Positions 11,448 through 25,474 of a stretch of 64,000 nt of DNA are shown in pieces. Within the stretch, counting starts at the first letter, position 1. Every line of letters begins with the position of its first letter. A program made the translations under genes and the position numbers. The DNA is from Octopus sinensis (Eukaryota): NCBI RefSeq assembly GCF_006345805.1, contig NC_043009.1, positions 41,230,001 through 41,294,000 on the forward strand. Reading direction: 5' to 3'. The notes under the pieces were generated by a model, which was not told the origin of the DNA, made no database searches, and worked only from the letters and a program-made list of their open reading frames with translations.

Positions 11448-12560
11448 AGCAGCAAGCTGGCAGAATCATTAGCACATTAGACAATATGCTTCTTTCAGTC
11501 TTTGTTCTGAGCTCAGATTCTATCGAAGTCAACTTTGCTTTCATCCTTTCGGGGTTGATAAATGAAGAAACACTGGGGTCGATATAAATGATAATCCCCT
11601 CCCCCAAATTTAAGGCCTTGTGCCTATAGTAAAAAGGATTATTATTATTATTAAAGGGCAAAGTACTGAAGGGCAATCTCCGAATGCTGAACCTTTTGAA
11701 TGAGCTGACAAAGAATCGAGATACCTGCCACCTTGCTGTACTCAAGAAGACCTGTCCTCCACAGCAGAAGTGTTAAGGCCACAACCCCTAGTGAAAAAGA
11801 TTATGCTGCAAGAGTCCTGTGCCCATGCCATGTAAAAAGCACTAAGTGGTTGGCGTCAGGAAGGGAAACCAGCCATGAAAACAAAGCCAAATCAGACTGG
11901 AACCTGGTGCAGCTCCCCAGCTTGCTAGCTCCAGTCAAACCTTTAACATCCAACCCATACCAGCACGGAAAACAGATGTCAGATTATGATGATAGGCAGT
12001 GGATTGGTAGAACCATTCCAGTGTCAAATGAAATAAACTTGCAATATTCGTTCTAAGGAGGCAGGAAGCTGGCAGAATCGTTACTGAACCAGGTAAAATG
12101 CTTAGTGTTGTTTCATCCATCTTCACATTCTGAGTCCAAATTCTGCTGAGGTTGACTTTACCTTTCAGGCTTTTAGGGTCAATAAAATAAGGACCAGCTG
12201 AGTACTAAGGCCAATGTAATTGGCTCAACCCCTCATCGAAAGTCACTGGCCTAGTACAAGAATTTGAAACTAATATTCATAATCTGAGTTCAAATCCTGG
12301 CAAGGTCAACTTTGCCTTACATACCACAACAGCTGATAAAATAAAGTAACAGACAACAAGCAGCAATTTGGGGAAAGGGGATGAATCAATTACATTGACC
12401 CCAGTTTGCAACTGGCACTTAATTTATCGACCCCGAAAAGATGAAAGGCAAAGTCGACCTTGGCAGAATTTGAACTCACAACGTAGTGATGGGCAAAATA
12501 CTGCTAAGCATTTCGTCCGGCATGCTAACAATTCTGCCAGCTCACCGCCTTTATAATAAC

Positions 12561-12561
<1 letters not shown>

Positions 12562-12598
<37 letters not shown>

Positions 12599-14112
12599 TA
12601 ATAATAATAATATCATCAAAGATATTTCTTTCGAAAAATAGCAACTTACAGTTGCATATTATAAGATGTACATTTATTAATATCCTACACAATTTTCTTT
12701 GTTTTTTCTTCTTTTTTTTGTGGTGGGTGGTGGATGGTTACATTTGTGCACGTAGGTGCATGTTTGCATTTTTTCTTAATTTTTCTATGCCTTTTTTTTT
12801 TTCATTTTCCTATTTTTATTATTATTAGTATTATTTTTTTTTTTTCTCAATTAGGCAATGTTGGAGTTCTTTGTTTTTGTAATATTTCACATCCAGTTTA
12901 CAAATATTCTTTATCAGTGATTATGAAATGTTAAAATTTATCAACGTATTTTCCATTTCTATAATTGACAGTTAGGAAATATTATAAACATGTTATAAAG
13001 ATTATTATTTTCATTTTTGTTTCATTCACTTCGCTTTTGTGTGCATGCACATGTGTATGTTTATATGTGAGCATGTATGTATGTATGTACGTGTGCCTCT
13101 ATGTGCGTGTCTTGGTGTTGTTGGTAGTGTTGTTGCTGTTGCTGTTGGTGGTGGTGGTGATAGGGGATTAAATTATACATGGCACAAACTGATATAGCAT
13201 GCTTGTAAAACTGAACTGACAACCTCAATTATTCAATTGCCAGTAGAGAGAGACAGCGATAAAATGGATGGTAATTAGTATCAAACCAGAAGAAGAAGAA
13301 TGTAGCATGCAATGAAAATTCAGTAAAAATATGAAAATAATAATAATAATAATAATATAATAATAATAATAACAATAATAATAATAATATCATCAAAGAT
13401 ATTTCTTTCGAAAAATAGCAACTTACAGTTGCATATTATAAGATGTACATTTATTAATATCCTACACAATTTTCTTTGTTTTTTCTTCTTTTTTTTGTGG
13501 TGGGTGGTGGATGGTTACATTTGTGCACGTAGGTGCATGTTTGCATTTTTTCTTAATTTTTCTATGCCTTTTTTTTTTTCATTTTCCTATTTTTATTATT
13601 ATTAGTATTATTTTTTTTTTTTCTCAATTAGGCAATGTTGGAGTTCTTTGTTTTTGTAATATTTCACATCCAGTTTACAAATATTCTTTATCAGTGATTA
13701 TGAAATGTTAAAATTTATCAACGTATTTTCCATTTCTATAATTGACAGTTAGGAAATATTATAAACATGTTATAAAGATTATTATTTTCATTTTTGTTTC
13801 ATTCACTTCGCTTTTGTGTGCATGCACATGTGTATGTTTATATGTGAGCATGTATGTATGTATGTACGTGTGCCTCTATGTGCGTGTCTTGGTGTTGTTG
13901 GTAGTGTTGTTGCTGTTGCTGTTGGTGGTGGTGGTGATAGGGGATTAAATTATACATGGCACAAACTGATATAGCATGCTTGTAAAACTGAACTGACAAC
14001 CTCAATTATTCAATTGCCAGTAGAGAGAGACAGCGATAAAATGGATGGTAATTAGTATCAAACCAGAAGAAGAAGAATGTAGCATGCAATGAAAATTCAG
14101 TAAAAATATGAA

Positions 14113-14115
<3 letters not shown>
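12562..14115. repeat. Direct tandem duplication, 777-bp unit x2, junctions in (AAT)n
   Basis: Identical ORFs at 12734/13511 and 12965/13742 (offset 777). Unique sequence appears identical by eye. Confidence 0.93.
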
Positions 14116-14157
<42 letters not shown>

Positions 14158-14399
14158 TGAAAAAAGACAACACTTCTTTGCAAGAGAAAAATTTCTACTT
14201 AAAGAAAGGCAAATCAATGTAAACTGTAACTTGGTGGTGCAAGAAGTTTAAAAAAAAAAAAAATTGAAAAATTAAACTAAAAAATACATATATACAAAAA
14301 AAAAAAGAAGAAAAATTTGGAAGGATTCTTTTGACAAATTATCATGGACTAGAAGGAAATATCCAGCGTAAAATAAAAATAAGACATAGACAGAAATAT

Positions 14400-14462
<63 letters not shown>

Positions 14463-15025
14463 TACACAACATGAGCATATGAAGATTTAAGAGAAAAATG
14501 TGCTAACAATCAAAAGAAAAGTAACTTATTTTACACAAACACTGATACACGAGCACACATGCACATGCATACATGCGCATGTGCATTTGCAGTGGACTTT
14601 ATATGCTGCAGTACCAGTACTGATACATGCAATAGAGTCAATGTTTGCACCTACAGATGCAAAGCCTTTGTTCAGAAAACCGAATAGTTTTTATGGAATA
14701 TAAATTATACATACATACATAAGGATACATATTTCATACATATACACTATCTATCTATCTATCTACAACACATACAAACATATATATATATATATATATA
14801 TATCTATATATATATATATATATATATATAAATGCGCTTGGCTTAGATTTCCCTTGGCGGGCTGGCCATATCGGAGCAATCTCAAGATTAATCAGCCGAA
14901 ATTACTAAGATGATCCGGTTCTTGACTGATGACTGAGGGCTTCGAATGTCCCGTCCTGTGGTTCTTGTGTCGTCTCTGTGGTGTTTCATGTTCTTGTCCA
15001 TGTCTGTAATTATTTTTACTGTTTA

Positions 15026-15066
<41 letters not shown>

Positions 15067-15384
15067 GTACAAACTTGAGCTTTTCTTAACTTAATTCTCC
15101 AATGTGCATACATAATACATTATATAGGTTTAATTTTCTAATTTCTTCACACTACAAAGCATACACATGCATTGTATCTGTTTAAACAGCTTTCATTATC
15201 TCTCTCCACACACATAGACACATATATATATGAAGAAATTAAAAATTAAACATATATATGCATATATATATATATATATATTTGCATGCATATGTGTGTA
15301 TGTATTAATATATATATATATATATATACACAGACACATATACATATATATATGAAATAAGAAAATGAAACATATATGCATATA

Positions 15385-15419
<35 letters not shown>

Positions 15420-15549
15420 TTCATTCATTTATATATAATTTTAGTATGAAGAAAATTAAACTTTAAAAATATCAGACAATAATCAGGAAAATAAAAATGT
15501 ATAACAAGGAAAAGGATAATTGCAACAGCCTCAGAAGCAGCAAATGAAG

Positions 15550-15599
<50 letters not shown>

Positions 15600-17239
15600 A
15601 TGTGAGTCATGGGGTGATGTCTGTTCCTTGGCAGCACGTTAGTGGAAAGAGACAGAGACGGGGAGAAAGAGAGGGAGAAGGAAAGGACTGGGAGTCCGCA
15701 GGGGGGCGAAGAGTAGGAAATAGATATTTTAGTAGATGTTCCAGCAGCTTGCGGACTTGCAATAAATAAATAATTGTTCAAACGCCCAACCAACCCACAG
15801 CCTGGAATTTCAAAAAAAAAAAATGAAAACAAAAAAAAACAAAATAACAAAAAATAATAATAATAATAATAATAATAACAACTGTGAAAAAACAACCTAC
15901 AAGTATAAAGAAATTAAAAGGCAAAATAAAAAATATATAAATAAACAAATAAATAAATAGCTATATATATATATATATATATCTATCTATATATATGTAT
16001 GTGTGTGTGTATATATATATTATATATATATTATATATATATATATATTAAAAAAAAAGATGTCAGCCCGCATCAGTGATGTCAAGTTCTTGTACGGTGT
16101 CTTCCAACGAAATTGCCAGTGATCTCTTAAGGAAGAAGAGTTTTCTGGAAATGACCGAACAATGGAATTGAAGGGACTCTGCTGTTTCCGAACACAATGC
16201 CAATAATGGACTAGTAGAGTCGGCTAATACAGCATTTGTTAAAGAGATTCATCCAATTACAGTTTAATTTCGGCTTCATTCTAGTTCACAGCAGGCACGG
16301 CAACAGCGACAATAACTCACCGATCACTTTGCATTCAAAGACAGCACAGAAGACGTAGAATTTCACACAAAGCGTTTTTCCATCTAGCACGCTGTTGCTG
16401 ATGCTGTGTTTTAATAAAAGGCCAAGTGAAAAATGCAAAAAAATGATAAAATAATAACAACAACAACAACAATAATAATAATAATAATGAAACGGTCTGA
16501 AATGAAATGAAAAATATGGTATTAAAATATACACATTTGCTGGCCTATTTTTTGCTTTGCTTCTATTTTGGATTTTATTTTTATATTTGTTTTTTTCTTT
16601 TATTTATTTTTTTTTTTTTCATTTTAGCACATTTAGCTTCTTAGCTTTCATTAACTGTCTTCATACACACATACATACATACATACATACATGTATATAT
16701 ATAAATGTGTTTATGTGTGTAAATATATATATATATGTATTTATTATATTAGACATACATACACATATATACACACATGTATATACATATATACATGCAT
16801 ATATGTGTGTATTATGAATATATTATAAAAATATATATGTATGTATATACAGACAGGTATGTAGAAAGACAGATATTCACAATATCATAAATACACACAT
16901 ACACATATATATACATGCATATATATTTGTGTATTATGAATATATTATAAAGACATGTATGTATATACAGACAGGTAGGTAGAAAGATAGATATTCACAA
17001 TACATTACAATTATAAATTGATAGATATATATTCATATATATATATATAAATATATATATAAAACAAGCATACATTCATATACCATTTACATACATGCAT
17101 GTATGCAATTTCACAATACAGACATTATAAAACACACACACACACAAACATACATGTAAATCCATGTATTTTTAACTATTCATATGCATGTATATATAAT
17201 TATAACTATACACACATACACATGTGTATGTATGTATTT

Positions 17240-17276
<37 letters not shown>

Positions 17277-17781
17277 GTGTGCGAGAGTATGTAAATATAT
17301 GTATATACACACACCTATTTATATACTGAAATTACTAATGTATTTGTGCAGATAGATAGGTAAAGAGAAGAGAATCAGAGAGAGAGAGAGAGAGAGAGAG
17401 AAGTGAGAGAGAGAGAAACCGACAGACAGTCAGACAAAACCTAAAACATTGCATATTTCCTATTACTGAATATTATTAGATATATGAATACGTTCACGTA
17501 CATACTCATACATGCACATTCATAAACTCACACACACACACACACACAAACAGAGAAATACAGGCACATAGATATACATACATAGACAGACAGAAACTTA
17601 CATAAATACGTAAACACATTGAAAGGAAGATAAAGAAATGCAGAGAAAAGTTCATTACATGCTGTATATTAATCTCAACACTTCACTTAATCCATTCATA
17701 ACTTCAGAAATAACCTGTGCTGAATAAATATATGAGTGTACACATACACACACACATATATATATATATATATGTGTGTGT

Positions 17782-17858
<77 letters not shown>

Positions 17859-17949
17859 AGCATGGCTGTGTGGTTAAGAAGTTCAATTTGGAACAAGTAG
17901 TGAGAATTCCGGTCTTACTGCGTGGATACTGTTAGCTAGTCTCCGAGAC

Positions 17950-19405
17950 AACAGCCATGGATAATGTTTCTGCCAACATGTTGGACATGATGAAAGGGGT
18001 ACACCAACACTGCTAGCCAGGAATACATTCAGGAATGTTCTTATGCATGTATTCGTACACACACATACTGCAGGATGTGGGGGTCTCCCAACAACGAATA
18101 GACACGATGGGGTACTGCAACACTGTTTGACATGATGTACTCGAATACTACTAGGTATAATGGAATACCCCAATACTTCTAGACATGATGGAGTGCAGCA
18201 ACACTGCTAGACACAATGGAGTGCCCAAACAATGCTAGACAAAATGGAGTACCCCAAAACTGCGAGACATGATAGAGTACCCGAACAATGCTAGGCACAA
18301 TGGAGTACCCCAACAACGCTAGACATGATGTACTCCAATACTGTTAGATGTGATGGAATACCCCAATACTGCTAGAGACAAAGGAGGACATCAACACTGC
18401 TCAACACAATGGAGTACCCAAACAAAATGGAGTACTCCAAAACTGTGAGACATGATAGAGTACCCCAACATTGCTAGATATTATGGAGTACCCCAACACT
18501 GCACACATGATTCAAAAGTACCTTGACACTGCAGACATAACGAATGGGTATATCAGTTCTACACACCAACACTGCAGACATGATGAGCGGGTATATCAGC
18601 ACTGCTGTACAAAATGGAGTACATCAACACTGCCAGATATGATGAAAGAGTATCTTAAAACTGAAGACATGATTGAGTACCTAAACATTGCAGACATGAT
18701 GAAGGGGTATGTCAACATTGACTACAAAAATTATTGGCAACACCATCATCGCTGAAAGGATCAAGGTGTATTCCAATATTGTAGATATGATCAAAAGTAT
18801 ACCTACACAACTAAACATAATGACAGGGTACTCTAACACTACAAACATAATGAAGGGGTACCACAACACTACAAACATGATAAAGGGATACACCAATAGA
18901 GCTGGATATGACGACAGGGTATGACATCACTACTGAGCATAATAAAGGGGACATCCAGCACAGTCAAGTATAATGACTGAGTACTCCAACATTGCTGGAC
19001 AAGAAGGGGTACACCTAAAAGTACACACATGATAGAGGGGTAGGCCAACAATGTAGGACACGGTGAGGGGATACACCAACAATGTAGGTCATGATAAAGT
19101 GGATGCCAAAATTGTGGACATAACAAAAGGGTACCCTAACACTACAAACATAATAAAGGGATACACCAAAAGAGCTGAATATGACGATAGGGTATAACAT
19201 CACTACTGAGCAAAATAAAGGGGACATCCAACACAGTCAAGTATAATGACTGAGTACTCCAACATTGCTGGACAAGAAGGGATACACCTAAAAGTACACA
19301 CAGATAGAGGGGTAGGCCAACAATGTAGGACACGGTGAGGGGATACACCAACAATGTAGGACATGATGAAGTGGATGCCAAAATTATGGACATAACAAAA
19401 GGGTT
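17950..19405. repeat. Degenerate 28-31-bp minisatellite (GACATGATGGAGTACCCCAACACTGCTA-like) with a 272-273-bp higher-order duplication at its 3' end
   Basis: Recurrent ACATGAT..GGGTAC/TAC..AACACT units. 18867-19139 is repeated at 19140-19405. Confidence 0.85.
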
Positions 19406-20236
19406 CACTGGAAATAAAAAAAAATGTTTGGAAACGCCATTCATAAGGAACTGCTTGGTATTTTTGTTAAAATTCCCAGTTTGCTCTGTTTTTCCACGCT
19501 TATATAATCTGATTCTGGTACCATGCTGCTATATCACTAGTTATTTTAGTCTTTTATTTTCTTTGTACACTTACTCCTTATCCGCATCCCAAGGATTCTT
19601 CGGCACCAAAAGCTGTACTTGTTTTCAAAAGCGTTAAGCAACCACAAGAAAATATTTTTACCTCTCGGGACAGGGGCACTTTAAACCGACAGATGATCTG
19701 TTCAGTTCCACCCTGTTGTTATTGCTTGCAGTAATGAGTCATAACACACCGTGATCCCTATGTACATCAAGGTAGAGTGGGTCATTTGATAAGTTAAATG
19801 TCTTGACTAATAGTTACAATACACGAGCTTTATCAAATTTTCCAGCATTTGCACCATCCTTACAAATTACACCACGTGTGTGTATATGTGTGAGTTTCGA
19901 AACGCAGAGTAGATGAAACAGAGAAGGCTGAAGAAGGGGAATGTTCCTTGTGTTGTATGTCTTGTACTCTATTTCTTCGTTGTTTAAGAAAAATGTCCAT
20001 TTCCTTGGTTTTGTGTTTATGTTTTCGTTTCTCATTGTGTTCAATGTTTTTTGGGTGTCCTGTACCCATATATGCATGTATATATATACATATAGATGTA
20101 GGTATGTACATATATGTATGTATATATGCATATGTTTAATTTATTATTTTGTTATATATTTATGTGTGTGTGTGTGTGTCTCTCTCTCTCTTTATATATA
20201 TATATGTCTGCATATATGTGTGGTGTGCATGCATAC

Positions 20237-20267
<31 letters not shown>

Positions 20268-20269
20268 TT

Positions 20270-20308
<39 letters not shown>

Positions 20309-20318
20309 ATAAAATGTG

Positions 20319-20371
<53 letters not shown>

Positions 20372-20599
20372 AACACACACACAAACACACACATGGTTCA
20401 ACCCTTGCAAGCATGAAACATGGACATTTAAATGATGATGGCACACACAGTGCATGAATGTGTGTGTGTATGTGTATCATTGTCATCATCCCCATCATTA
20501 TCTGTGTACACACATACTCACACATATGCTTGTGTATTCAAACATATACAATTATATACATATAAATATATATATTTATATTCACACACACAGGCTATA

Positions 20600-20642
<43 letters not shown>

Positions 20643-21934
20643 CATACACACACTATTTTTGACACTGATCACTTTTACATTCCTGTTTGTGTTAGAAGTC
20701 TTGATGGATAGCTGGGTCAAGAGAAGGCAGGAAACTCACTTTACTCTCCTTCCAGCCAAGAAGAAGACAATGGGAGGGAGCTGGATATAAAATTAACAAC
20801 AAACTTTTTCAGTGTTGTTGTTTGTTTGTTTGTCACTCTGGAATGGAGAAGGGGGTGGTGTTATGATATTGATGATGATGATGATGAATGTGGTAGTGAC
20901 AGTGGTGGTGATGAAAATGATGATGACAGTGGTGATGGCAGTCACTATTGTTTTGATGATAATGATGTTGATGATGATCATCATCATCATTGTTTAATGT
21001 CCGCTTTCCATGCTAGCATGGGTTGGACGGTTTGACTGAGGGCTGGCGAACCAGATGGCTGCACCAGGCTTCAATCTTGATCTGGCAGAGTTTCTACAGC
21101 TGGATGCCCTTCCTAATGCCAACCACTCTGAGAGTGTGGTGTGTGCTTTTATGTGCCACCGGCATGGGGGCCAGTCACGCGGTACTGGCAATGACCTCGC
21201 TCAAATCTTTTTACACATGCCAACAGCACAGGTGCCAGTTGATGATGTTGAAAATTGTACATATGTGCCAGCAACACATATTTTTATAGTAAAATCAATG
21301 ATCATCAGTTAACATCATCAGCATCATCATTTAACATCCGTTTTCCATGCTGGCATGGGTTGGACGGTTCAACTGGAGTCTAGGAAGCCAGGAGGCTGCG
21401 CCAGGCCCCAATCCGATCTGGCAGTGTTTCTACAGCTGGATGCCCTTCCTAACACCAACCACTCCAAGAGTGTAGTGGGTGCTTTTTACGTACTACCGGC
21501 ACAGGGGCCAGGGGAGCTGGCATCGGCCACCATATATATAATACAGGCTTCTCTCAGGTTGTGTGTATCAAATCCACTCACAAGGCTTTGGTTATAGAAG
21601 ACACATGTTCAAGGTGAAACACAATGGGACTGAACTCAAGATCACATGGTTAGGAAGCAAGTTTCTTAATCATATAGCCATGCTTGTGCCCATTATAACT
21701 ATTATTGTAAGGCGGTAAACTGGCAGAATCATTAGCATGTTGGATGTATTTCACCTGTCACTATGTTCTGAGTTCAATTTTCACCGAGGTTGACTTTCTC
21801 TTTCATCCTTTCAGAGTCAATAGATTAAGTACCAGTGAAACACTGGGGTCAATGTAATCGACTATACCCCTCTTCCAAATTTCAGGCCTTGTGCTATAGT
21901 AGAAAGGATTATTATTATTGTTGTTGTTGTTGTG

Positions 21935-22200
21935 AAGGCACATGGCCTAGCGGTTAGCATATTGCATCATGATCCAGTGCTCATAGTTTCAATTCCTAGA
22001 CTGGGTGGGGTGTTGTGTTCTTGAGCAAAACACTTCACCTCGTGTTGTTCTGCGATCACTTCAACACCTGGCCCATGGCACACTGTGCACCTGTTCAGAT
22101 AATGTTGATTTGATGGAGAGAGTGAGCTAATGTACAGCATGAACATTTCATCACTATAAACAAATGATGTGTCCAGGTTGTTCAGCAACAGCTGAACGCT
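21935..22200 (+). mobile_element. Old tRNA-derived SINE (family of the young copy at 31948-32331)
   Basis: Head GGCACATGGCCTAGCGGTTAG ... TTTCAATTCC ... TTGAGCAAAACACTTCA. Similar copies at about 39515-39780(+), 3700-3815(-), 60975-61080(+), 62380-62480(-). Confidence 0.7.
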
Positions 22201-22204
22201 CATA

Positions 22205-22512
22205 CATTGTCCTCAACAGAACAGTCCATCACCATTTTTTCTGGTGAACTCCCATTGTTATTCAATGTTTAAGAACTAGTTTTATAGAAACTTCTTTCAA
22301 AATTCCTTTGTTTTTCACACATTAACATGTTAAGGTAAGAAACCTGTTTCTTGCAATGCATACCAATAAACACATCTAAAGCAACATGTTTTCAAGGGTC
22401 CTTGAAACACTATTTTGAATCCCCAATTTAATATTTTGTGGCGTGGACCCCAAAAATTTTATATGGACCCTCAGGGAGGGGGGGATATATGGGCCCCAGC
22501 TGAGAGCAATTG
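22205..22512 (-). mobile_element. Degenerate hAT (Charlie-like) MITE, same family as 52475-52784
   Basis: Reverse-complement similarity to 52475-52784 (GGACCCC..AAAAATTTTATATGGACCC..GGGCCCCAGCTGAGAGC; AACTAGTTTTATAGAAACT). Confidence 0.6.
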
Positions 22513-22734
22513 GTGCAGAATATATCAGTGTAAAATACAATAAATGGGATCCCATGTCACAACTTTCCACTTTTACAATCATAGTCTAAATACACACACA
22601 TGCATGTATGCATGCACGCATATCCAAATCCACAGCCACACATACACACAAGCATATATATAACAGACAGACATATCTATATATACACACACACGAAGGT
22701 GTATGTACTTACATGTATATATAAGTACATGAGA

Positions 22735-22975
22735 AGGTGGCGAGCTGGCAGAAAAGTTAGCGCGCCGGGCTAAATGCTTAGTGGTATTTCATCTGTTGTT
22801 ACGTTCTGAGTTTAAATTCCGCCAAGGTCAACTTTGCCTTTTGTCCTTTCGGGGTCGATAAATAACGTACCAGTTTCACACTGGGGTTGATGTAATCGAC
22901 TTAATCCCTTTCTCTGTCCTTGTTTGTCCCCTCTATGTTTAGCCCCTTGTGGGTAGTAATGAAATATAAATAAGT
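22735..22975 (+). mobile_element. Full-length young tRNA-derived SINE with Meta/MESC-like core
   Basis: GGTGGCGAGCTGGCAGAA..TGAGTTTAAATTCC..GCCTTTTGTCCTTTCGGGGTCGATAAAATAACGTACCAG..GCCCCTTGTGGGTAG; highly similar to 56300-56522. Confidence 0.85.
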
Positions 22976-23041
22976 ACATGAATATGAAAATGCGTGTGTA
23001 TATACATACACACACACGTATATATAATAGATGATACACAT

Positions 23042-23099
<58 letters not shown>

Positions 23100-23268
23100 C
23101 CAGATCTGACTGGCCTGGTGCAGCCTTCGGGCTTGCCAGACCCCAGTTGAACCGTCCAACCCATGCTAGCATGGAAAGTGGACGTTAAACGATGATGATG
23201 ATCATCATCATCATCATTGTTTAGCATCCATATATAAGATATATAAGTACATGAATATGAAAATGTAG

Positions 23269-23299
<31 letters not shown>

Positions 23300-23617
23300 T
23301 ATAATAAACTGACAGGGATGTGTCACTGGGTCTAGTGAAATACCTTTGTCAAACAATGCAACACAGACGAGCAGACAGACAGACTGACAAACACTACAAA
23401 CATAACAGCAGCTTGAGTTTTCTCGGATTTCATGAGAAGAAAAAGCTGTGTTTGAGTTGATTCATGAGCCATTTCCAATCTACCACCAACCAGTTCTTAC
23501 ACTCTTGTCTCAAGTGATCCTAATCATTCTAGCACTTTCCACAGGTTTTTGTTGGACCGACTGTGTTGTGTTTTTAGTCTGGAGCTAGTGGGAGTGGAGG
23601 GTTACATACATACATGC

Positions 23618-23664
<47 letters not shown>

Positions 23665-23807
23665 TGTATGTATATATACATACACATATATACCTATATA
23701 CATATACATATATATACCTATATACATATACATATATACACATATATCCATACATGTGTGTGTGTATATATATATATATATATACACACACATATATACA
23801 TTTATGA

Positions 23808-23859
<52 letters not shown>

Positions 23860-24665
23860 GTATGTATGTATATATGTATAAACATACACACACATATATA
23901 CATATATACATGTGTGTGTATATATATTTATACATATATACACACATATACATCCACTCAAAGACTCACACATAAACACACTTAAAGATGTTTGTAGTTG
24001 TTGTTGTTGTTATTGTAGTTGTTGCGTCTGTGTGTTCCTTGACAGCAATGCTTAACACCCCACAGGTGTTGTCTTCAAGACATGCTCTCCTGCTGCAGCT
24101 GAAATTTTTTCTCCATTGAAAATTTGACCTCTGACCCCGGCTGCTGTTAAACTCTTTGTTATTTATGAAGCATTTAAGAAGAACAATGCATTACAAGAAG
24201 CTAAAAACATTAAAAAGAGAAAAAACAAGGAAGCAAAAGAGAGAGGGAACAAGAGAGAGAGAGAGAGAAAGGGGGTGATGGCGGGGATGGTAATGGTGGT
24301 GGGGAGTCTTTCTGCTATATTGACAGCAAAACATTCTTGTAAATGTTGCTTTGTTTCCAGTGTTTGGTATTTGGTACTTGTCCCTGGGGGAAGGTGAAGG
24401 AAAACAAAACAAAAAAAAAAACACAGGAAAATAAAGGAAAACAATTTTGACATTGTAATTCTATAATTGGAAGTACAGAAATTTTACTAAACTTTCTAGC
24501 AGGTCTCGTATATATATATAATCGCGGTTCTTTTATTTGTACAAAAATGCTAATGCCTGTTTGTGCCCCTTTCAGAAATCCTGTTTCTTATGCTAGACTA
24601 AAACTGAACAATCACTTTTCTTTCTTTGCAAGATTTAAAAATTATTTTTTGTTTTTAGGAATTTA

Positions 24666-25128
24666 TTACTCAATATTTTACTTTCAGGATTTGTTATATC
24701 TTGTTTATAATGTAAAAAGTACATTACTCAATATTTTTCTTTCAGGATTTGTTATATCTTGTTTATGATGTAAAAAGTACATTACTCAATATTTTACTTT
24801 CAGGATTTGTTATATCTTGTTTATAATGTAAAAAGTACATTACTCAATATTTTTCTTTCAGGATTTGTTATATCTTGTTTATGATGTAAAAAGTACATTA
24901 CTCAATATTTTACTTTCAGGATTTGTTATATCTTGTTTATAATGTAAAAAGTACATTACTCAATATTTTTCTTTCAGGATTTGTTATATCTTGTTTATGA
25001 TGTAAAAAGTACATTACTCAATATTTTACTTTCAGGATTTGTTATATCTTGTTTATAATGTAAAAAGTACATTACTCAATATTTTTCTTTCAGGATTTGT
25101 TATATCTTGTTTATGATGTAAAAAGTAC
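24666..25128. repeat. 58-bp tandem array x8 arranged as four exact A-B dimers (116-bp higher-order unit)
   Basis: Unit TTACTCAATATTTT(A/T)CTTTCAGGATTTGTTATATCTTGTTTAT(A/G)ATGTAAAAAGTACA; the two variant sites alternate strictly. Confidence 0.95.
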
Positions 25129-25474
25129 TGGGTGCTGGTTAACATGCGTTTCCAATGTGGGAGCCTCTGCGCTTGATTTGTTTCGCATATCAATCAAATA
25201 TCTCTACAGTTACAATTTATGTCTTAATACAAAATGCAAAGACAGATTTCAGGAATTTATTATTGAATGCTTTACTTTTGGAGTCTGTTGTATCTTATTC
25301 ATGATGTAAAAATATTGGATATTAGCAAACATGCGCTTCAAATGTGGAAACTTCTGTGCTCGATTGGTTTGACATAGCCATCAAATCTCCCTAAAGTCAC
25401 AAGCTACATCTAAAAAATGTAATCACACATTGGACAATAGAGTCCTAGATCTATTATGATTAAAAACAAACATC

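Noticed and set aside
14915-14965. CTGATGACTGAGGGCTTCGAATGTCC in a repeat at about 14830-15030
   Set aside because: A15.1 is missing and there is no stem I pairing. It could be a decayed or variant motif but is not supportable from this copy.
16335-16410. Possible pre-miRNA hairpin
   Set aside because: Only a short terminal stem pairs, and there is no match to conserved bilaterian or molluscan miRNA seeds that I know.
17950-19405. Met/Tyr/Asp-rich repeat peptides reminiscent of cephalopod reflectins
   Set aside because: No reflectin motif (MDMSGYxMDMQGRW-like), units are not in frame, and stops are frequent.
19920-19960. CTGAAGA followed by a small hairpin
   Set aside because: No GAAA follows the hairpin, so the hammerhead core is incomplete.
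24666-25128. Regular array superficially like CRISPR
   Set aside because: Contiguous tandem units with no unique spacers, eukaryotic context, no cas genes.
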